From: Tagaea sp.
GTDB lineage: Bacteria; Pseudomonadota; Alphaproteobacteria; CACIAM-22H2
Reading direction: 5' to 3'
DNA: 64,000 nucleotides
NCBI GenBank assembly: GCA_965279525.1
Contig: CBDIIB010000004.1
Location: forward strand, 128,001-192,000
Of the stretch, positions 37,989 to 46,894 are shown in pieces; position 1 is the first letter of the stretch, and every line of letters starts with the position of its first letter. The position numbers and the translations under genes are program-made. The notes under the pieces were generated by a model. That model saw nothing but the letters and a program-made list of their open reading frames with translations, was not told the origin of the DNA and ran no database searches.

Positions 37989-38927
37989 TCAACCGGTTCC
38001 CCGCATGCCGTCGGCGAACGGGTCTTCCGGATCGCGCAGCAGCGTCGCCTCGGCGACGACATAGGCGCGGCCCCGGATGCGCGGAACGATGCCGCCATCG
38101 GCGCCCGGCCGGTAGCGTGCGGAAAAGCGGCTGCCGACGATGCTTTCCTGGACCCAGACGTCGCCCGGCGCCAGCTTGCCGTCGGCCGCGAGGCAGGCGA
38201 GCTTGGCGCTCGTTCCGGTCCCGCAAGGCGAGCGGTCATAGGCTCCGCCCGGGCACATGACGAAGTTCCGGCTGTCGGCCTTCGGATCGGCGGGCGGACC
38301 GAAGAACTCGATATGGTCGATCTTCGCGCCGCCGGCTCCGGTGATGCCGGCTTGCGCAAGCGCCCGCGACACCGCGTCGGCAGCACGGCCCAGTTCCGCG
38401 ATGCCGGTCATCGCCAACGCAAGCGGCGACTTTCCGACGAGGAAGAACCAGTTGCCGCCCCACGCGATGTCGCCGACGACGGTTCCCAGGCCGTCGACAG
38501 CGACCGCGACGTCCTTGCGGTAGCGATAGCTGGCGACGTTCTCGATCTCGACTTCATTGCGGCCGAGGAGATCGACCGACACCTCGCCGACGGGTGTCTC
38601 GAAGCGGTGTGTCCCGGGGCCGATCCGTCCCATATGCGCGAGCGTGACCGCCGCACCGATCGTGCCGTGACCGCACATGCCGAGAAAGCCGACATTGTTG
38701 AAGAAGATGAGGCCGGCGGCACATGCGGGGTCCACCGGCGCGCACAGCAGCGCGCCGACGACCGCATCGCTGCCGCGCGGCTCGTTGACGGCGAAGCTGC
38801 GGACCGCGTCGAACTCGGCCGCGAAGCGTTCGCGCCTTGCGGCGAGCGGTCCGTTGCCGAGATCCGGGCCGCCTTCGACGATCAGCCGGGTCGGTTCCCC
38901 TTCGGTGTGCGAATCGATGACGCGCAT
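37989..38927 (-). CDS. lhpA: 4-hydroxyproline 2-epimerase (proline racemase family)
   Basis: [14 protein letters not shown], two catalytic Cys in GMCGHGTIG and [17 protein letters not shown]. Confidence 0.9.
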   Translation of the reverse strand: MRVIDSHTEGEPTRLIVEGGPDLGNGPLAARRERFAAEFDAVRSFAVNEPRGSDAVVGALLCAPVDPACAAGLIFFNNVGFLGMCGHGTIGAAVTLAHMGRIGPGTHRFETPVGEVSVDLLGRNEVEIENVASYRYRKDVAVAVDGLGTVVGDIAWGGNWFFLVGKSPLALAMTGIAELGRAADAVSRALAQAGITGAGGAKIDHIEFFGPPADPKADSRNFVMCPGGAYDRSPCGTGTSAKLACLAADGKLAPGDVWVQESIVGSRFSARYRPGADGGIVPRIRGRAYVVAEATLLRDPEDPFADGMRGTG

Positions 38928-38941
38928 GTCCCCCGAGTTCC

Positions 38942-40192
38942 TTATGTGAAGCGCCGCAGGTCGAACGGTGCGAGCGGGACGTCCGGCTTGCCGTCCCGGG
39001 CGAGAGCCGCGACGAGTTCGCCGGTTGCAGCCGCGAGCGTTACGCCCAGATGCTGGTGGCCGAAAGCGTAGAGCAGGTTGGGGGCCGCAGGCGAGCGGCC
39101 GATTGCCGGAAGGTAGTCCGGCAGCGTCGGCCGCGCACCCGTCCAGCGCTGGCGGCTGCCCGGCGACGGCAGGCCGAGCGCATCGGCATGACGGTCGAGC
39201 CGGTTCCACTTGCGCAAGTCGGGCGGTGCCGAGGTGGCGGCGAACTCGGTGAACCCTGCCAGGCGCAGCGTCCTGGAAAACCGCGTGACGATGACCGAGC
39301 GATCCTCGAAGGCGACCGGCGGCAGGTCCGCGGGCCAGGCGTCGATCCCGTCCGCGGTCTCGACATGGTAGCCGCGCTCCGCGATCAGCGGGACGGGACC
39401 GGCGAGAGAGCCGAGCAGTCCCGCCGAGCCGATCCCGGCGGCAACCACGACAAGGTCCGCACGTAGGCGCGCTCCTTCCGCAAGGCGTAGCGCGGCACGA
39501 CCGTCCTCGATCTCGACGGCCGCGGCGCGTGCCGTCCGGATCGTGCCGCCGGCGGCATGAAACGCTGCCGACAGGCCCTCGCGCAGGGCCGGAATGTCGA
39601 CGACCTGGCCCGTGTTCGAGAAGCGCAGCGCGCCGGCGGGCCGGCCGGCGAACAATTCGCGTAGAAGCTTCAGCTCGTCATCCGACGCGTCGTGCGCCGA
39701 CGCTTCACCGAGATCGGCATCGAGCCAGGCGCGGCGGCCCTGCGCGTGGGTGGCGGCACTCTCCCAGGCGACGAAATGCCCGTCGGAGCGGATGAGTGCG
39801 GCGGTGCCGGTCTCCGCCGTCAGGCGCCGCCAGGCCGGCATTGCCAGCGACAGGAGCGACTTCAGCGCGCTCGTCGCATTCGCGAAGCGTGCGGGACTTG
39901 CGGCGGCGACCAGCCGGAGCCCGAAGGGCAGCCATGCCGCGGCATCGCGCAGATGCAGTCCGACGGGACCGCCGAAGGCGAAAAGCCGGCGGGGCAGGGA
40001 ACGCAAGGTCGCGAACGAAGCGAGCGGGGCGGTCTGCTCGACCGCAAGATGCCCGGCATTGCCCCACGACGCGGCCAGCCGCGCGTCCCCGATATCGACC
40101 AGCTCGGTGTGCCAGCCGTCGCGCACGAGGCGCCACGCGCAGGCCGCACCGACGAAGCCGCCGCCGACGACGAGTGCGCGTCTGCCGCTCAC
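38942..40192 (-). CDS. FAD-dependent D-amino-acid dehydrogenase (probable cis-4-hydroxy-D-proline dehydrogenase)
   Basis: GTG start overlapping the upstream stop, [45 protein letters not shown]. Confidence 0.85.
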   Translation of the reverse strand: MSGRRALVVGGGFVGAACAWRLVRDGWHTELVDIGDARLAASWGNAGHLAVEQTAPLASFATLRSLPRRLFAFGGPVGLHLRDAAAWLPFGLRLVAAASPARFANATSALKSLLSLAMPAWRRLTAETGTAALIRSDGHFVAWESAATHAQGRRAWLDADLGEASAHDASDDELKLLRELFAGRPAGALRFSNTGQVVDIPALREGLSAAFHAAGGTIRTARAAAVEIEDGRAALRLAEGARLRADLVVVAAGIGSAGLLGSLAGPVPLIAERGYHVETADGIDAWPADLPPVAFEDRSVIVTRFSRTLRLAGFTEFAATSAPPDLRKWNRLDRHADALGLPSPGSRQRWTGARPTLPDYLPAIGRSPAAPNLLYAFGHQHLGVTLAAATGELVAALARDGKPDVPLAPFDLRRFT

Positions 40193-41130
40193 GGACCCGC
40201 CGGTTTCCAGGCCGCGTACCACGCCTTGAAACGCTTCCAGCTTGTCTCGGCATAGTGGCGCTGGCTGGCCGACAGCGCGTCGGTGCCGATGAAATGCAGC
40301 GCGTATTCCGGATGCCCGGCCAGGACCATCATGTGCTTGTAGTAGAGGACGAGATCGGCGCCCTCGTCGAAGGTCGACAGCACATGCAGCGCCCGGTCGA
40401 GTTCGAGCGCCCGGCGCTCGGCGAGCGGGTCGCCCTCGGCGGCCTTGCGGCACAGCGCGACGAGATGCAGGACTTCAGCGGGCAGCGCGTTGCCGATGCC
40501 GGTGATGGCGCCGATCGCCCCGCAATTGACGAAGCCGTGGAACACCTGCGTGTCGACGCCGACCATAAGCGTCAGCGACGGGTCGCGGCCGGTGATGTGC
40601 TCGGCCGCGTAGGTAAGTGCGGCAGCACCGCCGAACTCCTTGAAGCCGACGAGATGGGCGTGGCGCGCGCGCAGATCGAAGAACAGGTCGGCCTTCGTCT
40701 CGTAGCCGTAGTAGGGACTGTTGTAGATGACCGACGGCAGGTCGACAGCCGCTTCCAGCACGCCTTCGAAATGGGCACGCTGCGCCGCGACCGACGAGCC
40801 GCGCGACAGCACGCGCGGGATGACCATCAGGCCGGCGGCACCGACCTTCTTGGCGTGGGCCGCGAACGCGGCGGCGCGCGCCGGGCTCTGTGCGCCCGTG
40901 CCGACGACGACAGGCACGCCTGCGGCGACCAGCCGTTCGACGCCTTGCATGCGCGCTTCGTCGCTCAGCAGCGGCCAGTCGCCCATCGAGCCGCAATAGA
41001 CGATGGCGCGCATGCCCGACGCGATCATGTGCTTGCCTGTGCGCACGAGCGCATCGAAATCCGGCTCGCGCGCCTTCGTGCAGGGGGTCATCAGCGCCGG
41101 GATCGTGCCGCGGAAAATGTCCGTTTTCAT
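40189..41130 (-). CDS. lhpC: dihydrodipicolinate synthase family protein (probable 1-pyrroline-4-hydroxy-2-carboxylate deaminase)
   Basis: PALMTP, YCGSMGDW, IYNSPYY, Schiff-base GFKEFGG. Located with the Hyp epimerase. Confidence 0.82.
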   Translation of the reverse strand: MKTDIFRGTIPALMTPCTKAREPDFDALVRTGKHMIASGMRAIVYCGSMGDWPLLSDEARMQGVERLVAAGVPVVVGTGAQSPARAAAFAAHAKKVGAAGLMVIPRVLSRGSSVAAQRAHFEGVLEAAVDLPSVIYNSPYYGYETKADLFFDLRARHAHLVGFKEFGGAAALTYAAEHITGRDPSLTLMVGVDTQVFHGFVNCGAIGAITGIGNALPAEVLHLVALCRKAAEGDPLAERRALELDRALHVLSTFDEGADLVLYYKHMMVLAGHPEYALHFIGTDALSASQRHYAETSWKRFKAWYAAWKPAGP

Positions 41131-41192
41131 GGGGCGAAGGCCTTTCTTCGCGGTTGGGGCCGGGCGGGGTCCCGGTTCCCGAGAAACGTACA

Positions 41193-41209
41193 TTGTATAA
41201 AATCTACAA
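41193..41209. promoter_or_regulatory. GntR operator in the Hyp divergent promoter
   Basis: TTGTA-TAAAATC-TACAA inverted repeat in an AT-rich spacer. Confidence 0.6.
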
Positions 41210-41250
41210 GTCAATGGCCGCGCTGTCGGCCCTCGGTTATACTTCGCGCC

Positions 41251-41973
41251 ATGTCGACCTCGCTCACCCACCGTACCTTGTCCGCCGCGATCGCGGACCA
41301 GCTCCGGACCGCGATCCTCGGCGGCGCCCAACAGGCCGGCGCCCAGTTACGCCAGGACGCGCTTGCCGCCACCTTCGGCGTCAGCCGGATTCCGGTGCGC
41401 GAGGCGCTGTTCCAGCTCGAGGCGGAAGGTCTTGTCGAGATCGTGCCGCACAAGGGCGCCATCGTAACGGGCCTTTCGATGGACGAGATCGACGACGTGT
41501 TCGACCTGCGCATCGCGCTCGAGCGCCGACTTCTCGCCGATGCGGTTCCGCGCATGTCAGCGCCCGACTTCGCACGCCTTGAATCGGCCCGGCGCGCGTT
41601 CGACGCGATGATCGCCTCGGGCGAGATCGCCGGGTCGGGGAAACTCAACGCGGAGTTCCACATGGCCCTCTATGCGGCCGCGCGCCTGCCCAAGACCGCG
41701 TCGATCGTCGCCGGCCTGCTCCAGACCAGCGAGCGCTATACGCGTCTGCAGCTCTCCTCGTCGCGGGGGCTTGCGAAGGCCGGGCGGGAGCATCGCGAGC
41801 TTCTTGCACTTTGCCGCAAGGGCGATGCGCGGGCGGCGGGCGAGATGCTTGCCGCGCATATCGACGGGGTTCGTGCGGATCTTGCCGCCGTCCTGCGCCG
41901 CACGCCCGGGATTGCGGCGGCAGCCTTGCCGCGACCGGCCATCCGGCAGGCGCGCCGGCGTCCGAAGCGGTGA
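41251..41973 (+). CDS. GntR family regulator (FCD), probable hydroxyproline repressor
   Basis: LRQDALAATFGVSRIPVREALFQLEAEGLV..PHKGA, LNAEFHMALY. Confidence 0.9.
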   Translation: MSTSLTHRTLSAAIADQLRTAILGGAQQAGAQLRQDALAATFGVSRIPVREALFQLEAEGLVEIVPHKGAIVTGLSMDEIDDVFDLRIALERRLLADAVPRMSAPDFARLESARRAFDAMIASGEIAGSGKLNAEFHMALYAAARLPKTASIVAGLLQTSERYTRLQLSSSRGLAKAGREHRELLALCRKGDARAAGEMLAAHIDGVRADLAAVLRRTPGIAAAALPRPAIRQARRRPKR

Positions 41974-42054
41974 ACTCCGCCCGCACGGCCGGCTTTGCCA
42001 GTCGGGCGGCGGACGCGCTATAAGTCGGCGATGATGCCGGAACCGGAAGACGAC

Positions 42055-42243
42055 ATGCGTACTGAAATCGTGCGCATCTGCGTGGATGCGCTTCGCGAGC
42101 AGGGGATCGCCGGCGTTTCCGAAGCCACGCTGCTCGCCGATGCCGGGCACGCGGCGGCCGCCATCCGCCTGCTCGAGGATTGCCGGCCGTTGCCGGTCGT
42201 GCTGGCATTGATGGACGAGTTGCGCACGGTCCGGGCCGCGTGA
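42055..42243 (+). CDS. small hypothetical protein (about 62-70 aa)
   Basis: MRTEIVRICVDALREQGI... looks helical, has typical codon usage, and its stop overlaps the GTG of the next gene (GTGA). Start may be 42031 or 42034. Confidence 0.6.
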   Translation: MRTEIVRICVDALREQGIAGVSEATLLADAGHAAAAIRLLEDCRPLPVVLALMDELRTVRAA

Positions 42244-43052
42244 CGGCCAGCAGCCGGAGCAGCCGGCCGTCCGCACTGCCGGCCGTCGAGCCGATCGACC
42301 GCAACTCGCCGATCCCGCTCTACGTGCAGGTCCGCAACCGCCTGCTGACGCTGGTCAGCTCGTGGACGGACTCCAAGCGCAATTTTCCGTCCGACGACGA
42401 ACTGAAGCAGATGTTCGCCGTCAGCCGCGCCACGGTGCGCGACGCGATGGCCGAACTCGTCGAGGCGGGCCTCCTCGACCGGACACGCGGCTCAGGCACG
42501 AAGGTCAGCCTGCGCAAGGTCGAAGAAAAGCTGACCCCGAGCATGGACATCCGCCGCCAATGGGCGGCCGAGGGTCAGCCGATCCACGTCTCGGTGCTCG
42601 CCTTCGAACGCGTCGGTGCGCCCGGCGACATCGCGCAGAGCCTCCAGGTCGCGGCAGGCGCCGAGATCCTGTTCATCAAGCGCGTGCGCTCGACCCCGCT
42701 GTCGCCCGTCGCGATCGACTGGCGATACATCCCGGCCCGGTTCGCCGGCGACATCACGCGCTTCGAGGCATCGGGTTCGATCCTCGAAGCGCTGTGGTCG
42801 CGCGCCAAGCTCAGCCACTCGAACCTGCAGATCGATGCCGGGCTTTCCGGGATCGACGAGGTCGAGCTGCTGCACCTGCCGGCGGGCAGTCCGGTGCTGA
42901 TCCGCCATCTCGTCTATTACGATCAGGCCGGCGTGCCGGTGATGGCCGGGCGCTCGGTCCACCGGGCCGATCTGATGCGTTATTCGCTGCAGGTCGAGCT
43001 CAAGCGGCCGCCGCAGCCGGCCCGTCCGGCCAAGGGCTTGCGCAAGGATTGA
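42240..43052 (+). CDS. GntR family regulator, HutC/UTRA type
   Basis: IPLYVQV, FPSDDEL..MFAVSRATVRDAM..L, RGSGT, and a C-terminal UTRA-like domain. Confidence 0.9.
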   Translation: MTASSRSSRPSALPAVEPIDRNSPIPLYVQVRNRLLTLVSSWTDSKRNFPSDDELKQMFAVSRATVRDAMAELVEAGLLDRTRGSGTKVSLRKVEEKLTPSMDIRRQWAAEGQPIHVSVLAFERVGAPGDIAQSLQVAAGAEILFIKRVRSTPLSPVAIDWRYIPARFAGDITRFEASGSILEALWSRAKLSHSNLQIDAGLSGIDEVELLHLPAGSPVLIRHLVYYDQAGVPVMAGRSVHRADLMRYSLQVELKRPPQPARPAKGLRKD

Positions 43053-43092
43053 CTTGGGCCGCCGGTGAAAAGTACGATAAACCGTACATTTA
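43049..43092 (+). promoter_or_regulatory. sigma70-like promoter with overlapping GntR operator
   Basis: TTGACT-N18-TACGAT. The palindrome GTACG-ATAAAC-CGTAC (43072-43087) overlaps the -10. Confidence 0.6.
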
Positions 43093-43116
43093 TCCCGGAA
43101 AGGCTTCGAACACCCC

Positions 43117-44289
43117 ATGACCGCCGCACCCAGCGACTTCGTCTTCGTCCATTCCAACCGGCGCGTCGTCCATGGCTGGGGGGCGATCGAGAAGCTGAAG
43201 GCGCTTGCCGAGGAAGCCGGCTGCCGCAAGGCGGCGGTCGTCCTCGACGGCTTCTTCCTGTCCCAGCCGATCGCGGGAAAGCTCGCCGACCTGCTGGCAC
43301 TGCCGGGCGGGGCCGCCGACCTGATCGGCGTGCCGACGCACGAGCCCGACACCGACACGATCGAGGCGTGCCGCAAGCACCTTGCGGACAGCAAAGCCGA
43401 CTTCATCGTGGCACTCGGCGGCGGCTCCGCGATGGACACGGCGAAGATCGCGCGCATGCTGCTTTCCAATCCGGGTCCGGTCGAAGGGATCGCCGGCTTC
43501 GGCAAGAAGCTTGCCCCGCACGCAAGCCTGCTGGTCTGCGTGCCCACGACCGCAGGCACGGGCAGCGAGGTTTCCGAATCCGCGATCGCCGGCAAGCCCG
43601 GTTCGGACGTGAAGCTCATCTTCCGTTCGCAGGACATGACACCGCACATCGCGTTGCTGGACCCCGAGCTGACGGTTTCGTGCCCGGCGCGCGTCACGGC
43701 GCAGTCGGGATATGACGCGATCACGCATGCGGTCGAGGCTTTCGTCTCGAAAATGTCCGGGCCGATGACGGACCCGTTCGCAGTCAGCGCCTTCACGCTG
43801 CTGGCGCGCTGGCTGCCGGTCGCCTACACCGAGCCGACAAACCGGGCCGCGCGCGCCTGGTGCCTGATCGCCTCGACGCAGGCAGCCATCGCGTTCAACA
43901 GCGCCAATCTTGGCCTCGCGCACGCCTTTGCCGCACCACTGGGCGCCCTCCATCACGTGCCGCACGGGCTGGGCAACGCGCTCGCTTTGCCGGTCGTCAC
44001 GGCGTTCAACGCGCCGGTGCTGGGCGAAAAGGGCGAGGCGATCGCCCGCGCCTTCGGGACCCGCACCGCCGCCGAGGCGATGGCGCGCTCGCGCCATGCC
44101 GTCGGCCTCGATCTCAGCCTCGACGGATTTGTGCCGGACGCGGCCGCGCGCGAGAAGGTGGCGCAGGCAGCCAGCCGCAGCGGGCAGGTCCGCATGAATC
44201 CGCGTGCCGCCGACATCGACGACCTGCGCGCGATGCTCGACGCGATGCGCAAGCCCACGGGCGATGCGGCACCGGACTTCGCACGATGA
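43117..44289 (+). CDS. iron-containing alcohol dehydrogenase family protein
   Basis: ALGGGSAMDTAK, PTTAGTGSEV, GYDAITHAVE, GLAHAFA, HVPHG metal ligands. Confidence 0.92.
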   Translation: MTAAPSDFVFVHSNRRVVHGWGAIEKLKALAEEAGCRKAAVVLDGFFLSQPIAGKLADLLALPGGAADLIGVPTHEPDTDTIEACRKHLADSKADFIVALGGGSAMDTAKIARMLLSNPGPVEGIAGFGKKLAPHASLLVCVPTTAGTGSEVSESAIAGKPGSDVKLIFRSQDMTPHIALLDPELTVSCPARVTAQSGYDAITHAVEAFVSKMSGPMTDPFAVSAFTLLARWLPVAYTEPTNRAARAWCLIASTQAAIAFNSANLGLAHAFAAPLGALHHVPHGLGNALALPVVTAFNAPVLGEKGEAIARAFGTRTAAEAMARSRHAVGLDLSLDGFVPDAAAREKVAQAASRSGQVRMNPRAADIDDLRAMLDAMRKPTGDAAPDFAR

Positions 44290-45803
44290 TCGACGCATCC
44301 GGCAGCGGGCGGCTGGCGGCGGGAACGCGCGGTGCTGTCGGTGCGGGCCATCCGGCCTCGGCACTTGCCGGTGCCACGATCCTGGCTGCCGGCGGCAACG
44401 CGCTCGACGCCTGCGTGGCGATGGCGGCGACCGACTGGATCGCGATGCCCGACATGTGCGGACCCGGCGGCGACCTGTTCGCGCTGTGGCGCGACGGCAC
44501 GGGCAAGGTGCATGCGGTGAACGGCGGCGGGGCAGCCCCAGCGGCCTACGTGCATCCGGCCGACCCGGAGAACCGCGCCGGGCTCTGCCTTGTTCCGGGT
44601 GCGCCGGCGGCGATCGAGACACTTATTTCGACAGCCTGCACGCTCGGGCGTGATGCATTGTTTGCCCCAGCGCTTGGCCTAGCCGAACGCGGCACGGTCG
44701 TGGGTGCGCGCCTAGACCGGCACCTTCAGGCGCTGCGTGACGGGCCGTTCCGCCGCGCCCTTGCCGCCGCGAACGGCGGCCGGTTGCCGCGCACCGGCGA
44801 GATCCTGAAGCTTGCGCTGCTGGGTGAGTCGCTGGCGCGCTGGGCCGCGGACGGATCGCCGGAGCGCGAACTGGAAAAGGCGGTTGTCGACTGGCGCGCC
44901 GACGGCGTTGCCGTCACGGCCGACGAGGCCCTTGGCGAACGCGCGGAGCGGACGCCCGCGATGTCGCTTCCGATGGGAGGATGGACGCTCTACGGCCAGC
45001 CGCCGATGAGCCAGGCGGTCGCCACGCTCGCCGCCATCGGCATCGCCGGGCCCGACGCGGTGCGTGACGCGGATGCGGCCTTTCGCATGCACATGGCGGT
45101 CGAAGCCTATAAATCGGCGTTCGCACGCCTGCAGGAATTCGCCGACGGCAACGACCCGGCCCGCGTCGCGTCGGCGATGCTCGAAGGACCGGGCATGCGC
45201 GCGCTGCGCGAGGCGATCGGCCCCAGGGCCGGGCAGGGGCCGGCGATGGCGCGCAACTACGGCGAGACGACGCAGGTTTCCGCGGTCGACCACGAAGGCA
45301 ATGTCTGCACGCTGATCCACAGCCTCTACCGGCCGTTCGGCGCGCGCACGCTGTCCGCGCGGACAGGCTGGATCGCGAACGACCGTGGTGCGTCGTTCAC
45401 GACGGGGCTCAACGCGCCCGCACCCCGGCGCCGGCCACGCCACACGCTGGTCGGCCTGCTGATGTCCCATCCGGAGAACGGCACCTATGCGTTCGGCACG
45501 CCGGGTGCGCAGGCGCAGACCCAGACCACGCTGCAGGTCGCGATGGGCATCATGCGCGATCCCACGCATCCGGAACTTGCGGTCGCGGCCCCGCGCTGGA
45601 GCTTCATCGGCGGCGACCAGATCGCCGTCGAGGCAAGCCTGCCGACACCCTTGCTCGACGAGATGTCCGCACGCGGTCACCGTCTGGCGCTGCGCCCGCC
45701 GGCCGACTGGCTGATGGGATCGGTGACGCTCGCGGGCTTTCGCGACGGCATCAGGATCGCCGTCGCCGATCACCGGCGCGAGGCGCTGGCGCTGGCGCTT
45801 TAG
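44286..45803 (+). CDS. ggt: gamma-glutamyltransferase family Ntn-hydrolase (cytoplasmic)
   Basis: GGNALDA, GPGGDLF, nucleophile site GETTQVSAVD..GN, SLYRPFG, NDRG, RPRHTL, FGTPG..QTQ, APRW. Confidence 0.87.
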   Translation: MIDASGSGRLAAGTRGAVGAGHPASALAGATILAAGGNALDACVAMAATDWIAMPDMCGPGGDLFALWRDGTGKVHAVNGGGAAPAAYVHPADPENRAGLCLVPGAPAAIETLISTACTLGRDALFAPALGLAERGTVVGARLDRHLQALRDGPFRRALAAANGGRLPRTGEILKLALLGESLARWAADGSPERELEKAVVDWRADGVAVTADEALGERAERTPAMSLPMGGWTLYGQPPMSQAVATLAAIGIAGPDAVRDADAAFRMHMAVEAYKSAFARLQEFADGNDPARVASAMLEGPGMRALREAIGPRAGQGPAMARNYGETTQVSAVDHEGNVCTLIHSLYRPFGARTLSARTGWIANDRGASFTTGLNAPAPRRRPRHTLVGLLMSHPENGTYAFGTPGAQAQTQTTLQVAMGIMRDPTHPELAVAAPRWSFIGGDQIAVEASLPTPLLDEMSARGHRLALRPPADWLMGSVTLAGFRDGIRIAVADHRREALALAL

Positions 45804-45837
45804 GGAGGCGTCCGTCGCGCTTGATCTTACCCGTTCA

Positions 45838-45863
45838 TTTATTTAAGTTAATACTTAAATAAA
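45838..45863. promoter_or_regulatory. ArsR autoregulatory operator
   Basis: Perfect 11-bp IR TTTATTTAAGT-TAAT-ACTTAAATAAA 16 bp upstream of the ArsR ATG. Confidence 0.8.
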
Positions 45864-45879
45864 GACTGGGTTTCCATAA

Positions 45880-46248
45880 ATGGCGCTTTCTCAGGAAGTC
45901 AGTTCCGCTTTCGCGGCCTTGGGTGACGCCACCCGGCTGGCGATCCTCAGCCGACTTGCAGACCACGGCGAATTGACCGTGCTGGAGATAGCCCAACCCT
46001 TCGACATGAGCCTGCCGGCGGTCTCGCAGCATCTGAAGGTGCTCGAGCAAGCGGGGCTCATCCTGCGTCGGCGCGACGGACAGCGCCGCCCTTGTCGGAT
46101 CCGGCCGGAACGGCTGGTGGAGGCAATGGCCTGGCTGAACTTCACGCGCAGTGCCTGGGAGGCGCGCTTCGACCGCCTCGAGCAATTTCTTCATGATGAA
46201 CCACAACACGATGATTTAAAAAGGATAAAGCATGCCCGAAAAAAGTGA
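45880..46248 (+). CDS. ArsR/SmtB family transcriptional regulator
   Basis: FAALGDATRLAIL, MSLPAVSQHLKVLEQAGLI, W..RFDRLEQFL. Confidence 0.92.
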   Translation: MALSQEVSSAFAALGDATRLAILSRLADHGELTVLEIAQPFDMSLPAVSQHLKVLEQAGLILRRRDGQRRPCRIRPERLVEAMAWLNFTRSAWEARFDRLEQFLHDEPQHDDLKRIKHARKK

Positions 46249-46711
46249 TCCGCGCTTGATCTGGGCGCTGGACCGGGAGATCGTGCTCACGCGCGTGATC
46301 GACGCACCGCCGGAGCGCGTGTTCCAGGCGTGGACCGATCCCGAGCAGATCACCCAATGGTTCTCGCCGGCGGGATTCCAGAACGAGACGCTCGAGATCG
46401 ACATCCGCCCCGGCGGTCGCTGGCGTTTCATATATGTGGCGCCGGACGGCACGCGCTACGAGAACCGGATGGTGTTCCTGCGCATCGAAGCGCCGCGGCT
46501 GATCGAGATCGACCATGGGTCCGACATCGACGACGATCCGAAGCGCTTCCGCGTGACCGTCACGTTCGACGCGCAAAGCAACGTCAAGACCGTGCTGACG
46601 CTGCGCCAGTTGCATCCGACCGTCGAACAGCGTCGTGCCGGCATCGGCTTCGGCGCGGTGGAGATCGGCTTCACGACGCTCGACAAGCTTGCCAGGCATC
46701 TTGGCGCCTGA
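46232..46711 (+). CDS. SRPBCC/AHSA1 domain protein
   Basis: REIVLTRVIDAPPERVFQAWTDPE..QWF.P, DIRPGG.WRF, TLDKL. Confidence 0.9.
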   Translation: MPEKSDPRLIWALDREIVLTRVIDAPPERVFQAWTDPEQITQWFSPAGFQNETLEIDIRPGGRWRFIYVAPDGTRYENRMVFLRIEAPRLIEIDHGSDIDDDPKRFRVTVTFDAQSNVKTVLTLRQLHPTVEQRRAGIGFGAVEIGFTTLDKLARHLGA

Positions 46712-46894
46712 TCGGCTTTGATATTTTTAATTCCTATGATAGGATCATTCGCAACTGCCAGAGCATCGGCGGGGCGCTGTTTGACAACTGAATACATACG
46801 GCGGTTGCACGACGCACGTTGCAGTAACATCCCAATAACTTCAAAGGGATAAATACGTTACCGTAACCTGTCGTAACCTGTTTCCGCCGGCCGT

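Noticed and set aside
39796-41973. 725-aa ORF ending in a GntR domain
   Set aside because: The upstream part is antisense to the Hyp genes. The regulator starts at ATG 41251.
46862-46881. Tandem repeat as possible CRISPR or iteron
   Set aside because: Only two 10-bp copies, no spacers, no cas or rep genes.
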